Positions 63,635 through 64,000 of a stretch of DNA of 64,000 nt are shown one piece after another (within the stretch, counting starts at the first letter, position 1; each line of letters begins with the position of its first letter). Below the pieces are notes generated by a model that saw only the letters and a program-made list of their open reading frames with translations, was not told where the DNA came from and made no database searches. The stretch covers positions 1-64,000 of the forward strand of contig CAWHWX010000007.1 in NCBI GenBank assembly GCA_963833125.1, given 5' to 3'. Origin of the DNA: Candidatus Bathyarchaeota archaeon (lineage in GTDB: Archaea > Thermoproteota > Bathyarchaeia > 40CM-2-53-6). The translations under genes were made by a program, and so were the position numbers.

Positions 63635-64000
63635 ATGATAAAGGGCGTCGTCCTAACAAATTTCATGTCCTACGAAAATTCCTATGTCCCACTAGAACCG
63701 GGACTCAACTTAATTTGCGGACCCAACGGCGCAGGCAAATCATCGATCCTACTCGCAATCTCAGTAGTCCTAGGACAGGCGTACACGGAAAGGTCGAAGC
63801 GACTAAGCGACCTCATAAAATGGGGAACAGATGAAGCCAGAGTCACCTTAATTCTCGACAACAGCGGCGAGAAGAGACCCTTTCCAAACTACCACACCGA
63901 CCTCGTTACAGTTACCAGAGTAATCAAGGCCAACGGCACCTACTACTACCTCCTCCAAAACAAACCCGTAGCGAAATCCGCAGTCACCGACGTTCTGCAG
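63635..64000 (+). CDS. SMC-family ATPase N-terminus (runs off the window; not in the ORF track)
   Basis: Manual translation: MIKGVVLTNFMSYENSYVPLEPGLNLICGPNGAGKSSILLAISVVLG...RLSDLIKWG. Confidence 0.88.
   Translation, partial: MIKGVVLTNFMSYENSYVPLEPGLNLICGPNGAGKSSILLAISVVLGQAYTERSKRLSDLIKWGTDEARVTLILDNSGEKRPFPNYHTDLVTVTRVIKANGTYYYLLQNKPVAKSAVTDVLQ

Noticed and set aside
1-64000. Frameshifts in roughly 20 genes (tfb, kae1, cysS, rrp4, rrp42, rps6e, rps27ae, rpl15e, cofE and others) as pseudogenes or programmed frameshifting
   Set aside because: They hit essential genes and the foreign segment alike and share no slippery motif that I could see; uncorrected long-read indels explain them best

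Overview
Bases 1-~1417 are very GC-rich, actinobacterial-looking DNA (udgB and the 3' part of a ppx/gppA gene). They are joined mid-gene to ~62.5 kb of roughly 50% GC archaeal DNA, so the junction is most likely an assembly or read chimera (GC estimated by eye). The archaeal part looks TACK/Bathyarchaeia-like, inferred from gene content and frequent TTG starts. It is mostly core machinery: ribosomal proteins, aIF5B/aIF2-gamma, Rpo7/Spt4, the exosome-proteasome-RNase P superoperon, KEOPS, CysRS, IleRS, TFB/Gar1, Lhr and the start of an SMC-family ATPase. It also carries a surface-protein/peptide-ABC cluster, F420 genes and a CsoR-family + P1B-ATPase module. Many essential genes have single-base frameshifts, which I read as sequencing errors. 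Best observations: (1) two box C/D guide RNAs that the ORF track cannot show, with guides matching conserved 16S rRNA sites; (2) a CsoR-family repressor, operator and P1B-ATPase module in which both proteins have non-canonical metal-ligand motifs; (3) a circularly permuted OppA; (4) an S10-spc operon thinned to L2-S8-L18-L30, plus repeated XY -> Y(+)X(-) rearrangements; (5) several conserved genes whose expected start is a non-NTG or CTG codon; (6) a CysRS with KMSKS replaced by RMGHS and a degenerate LarA-like protein. No tRNA, rRNA, CRISPR array or transposase was recognised.
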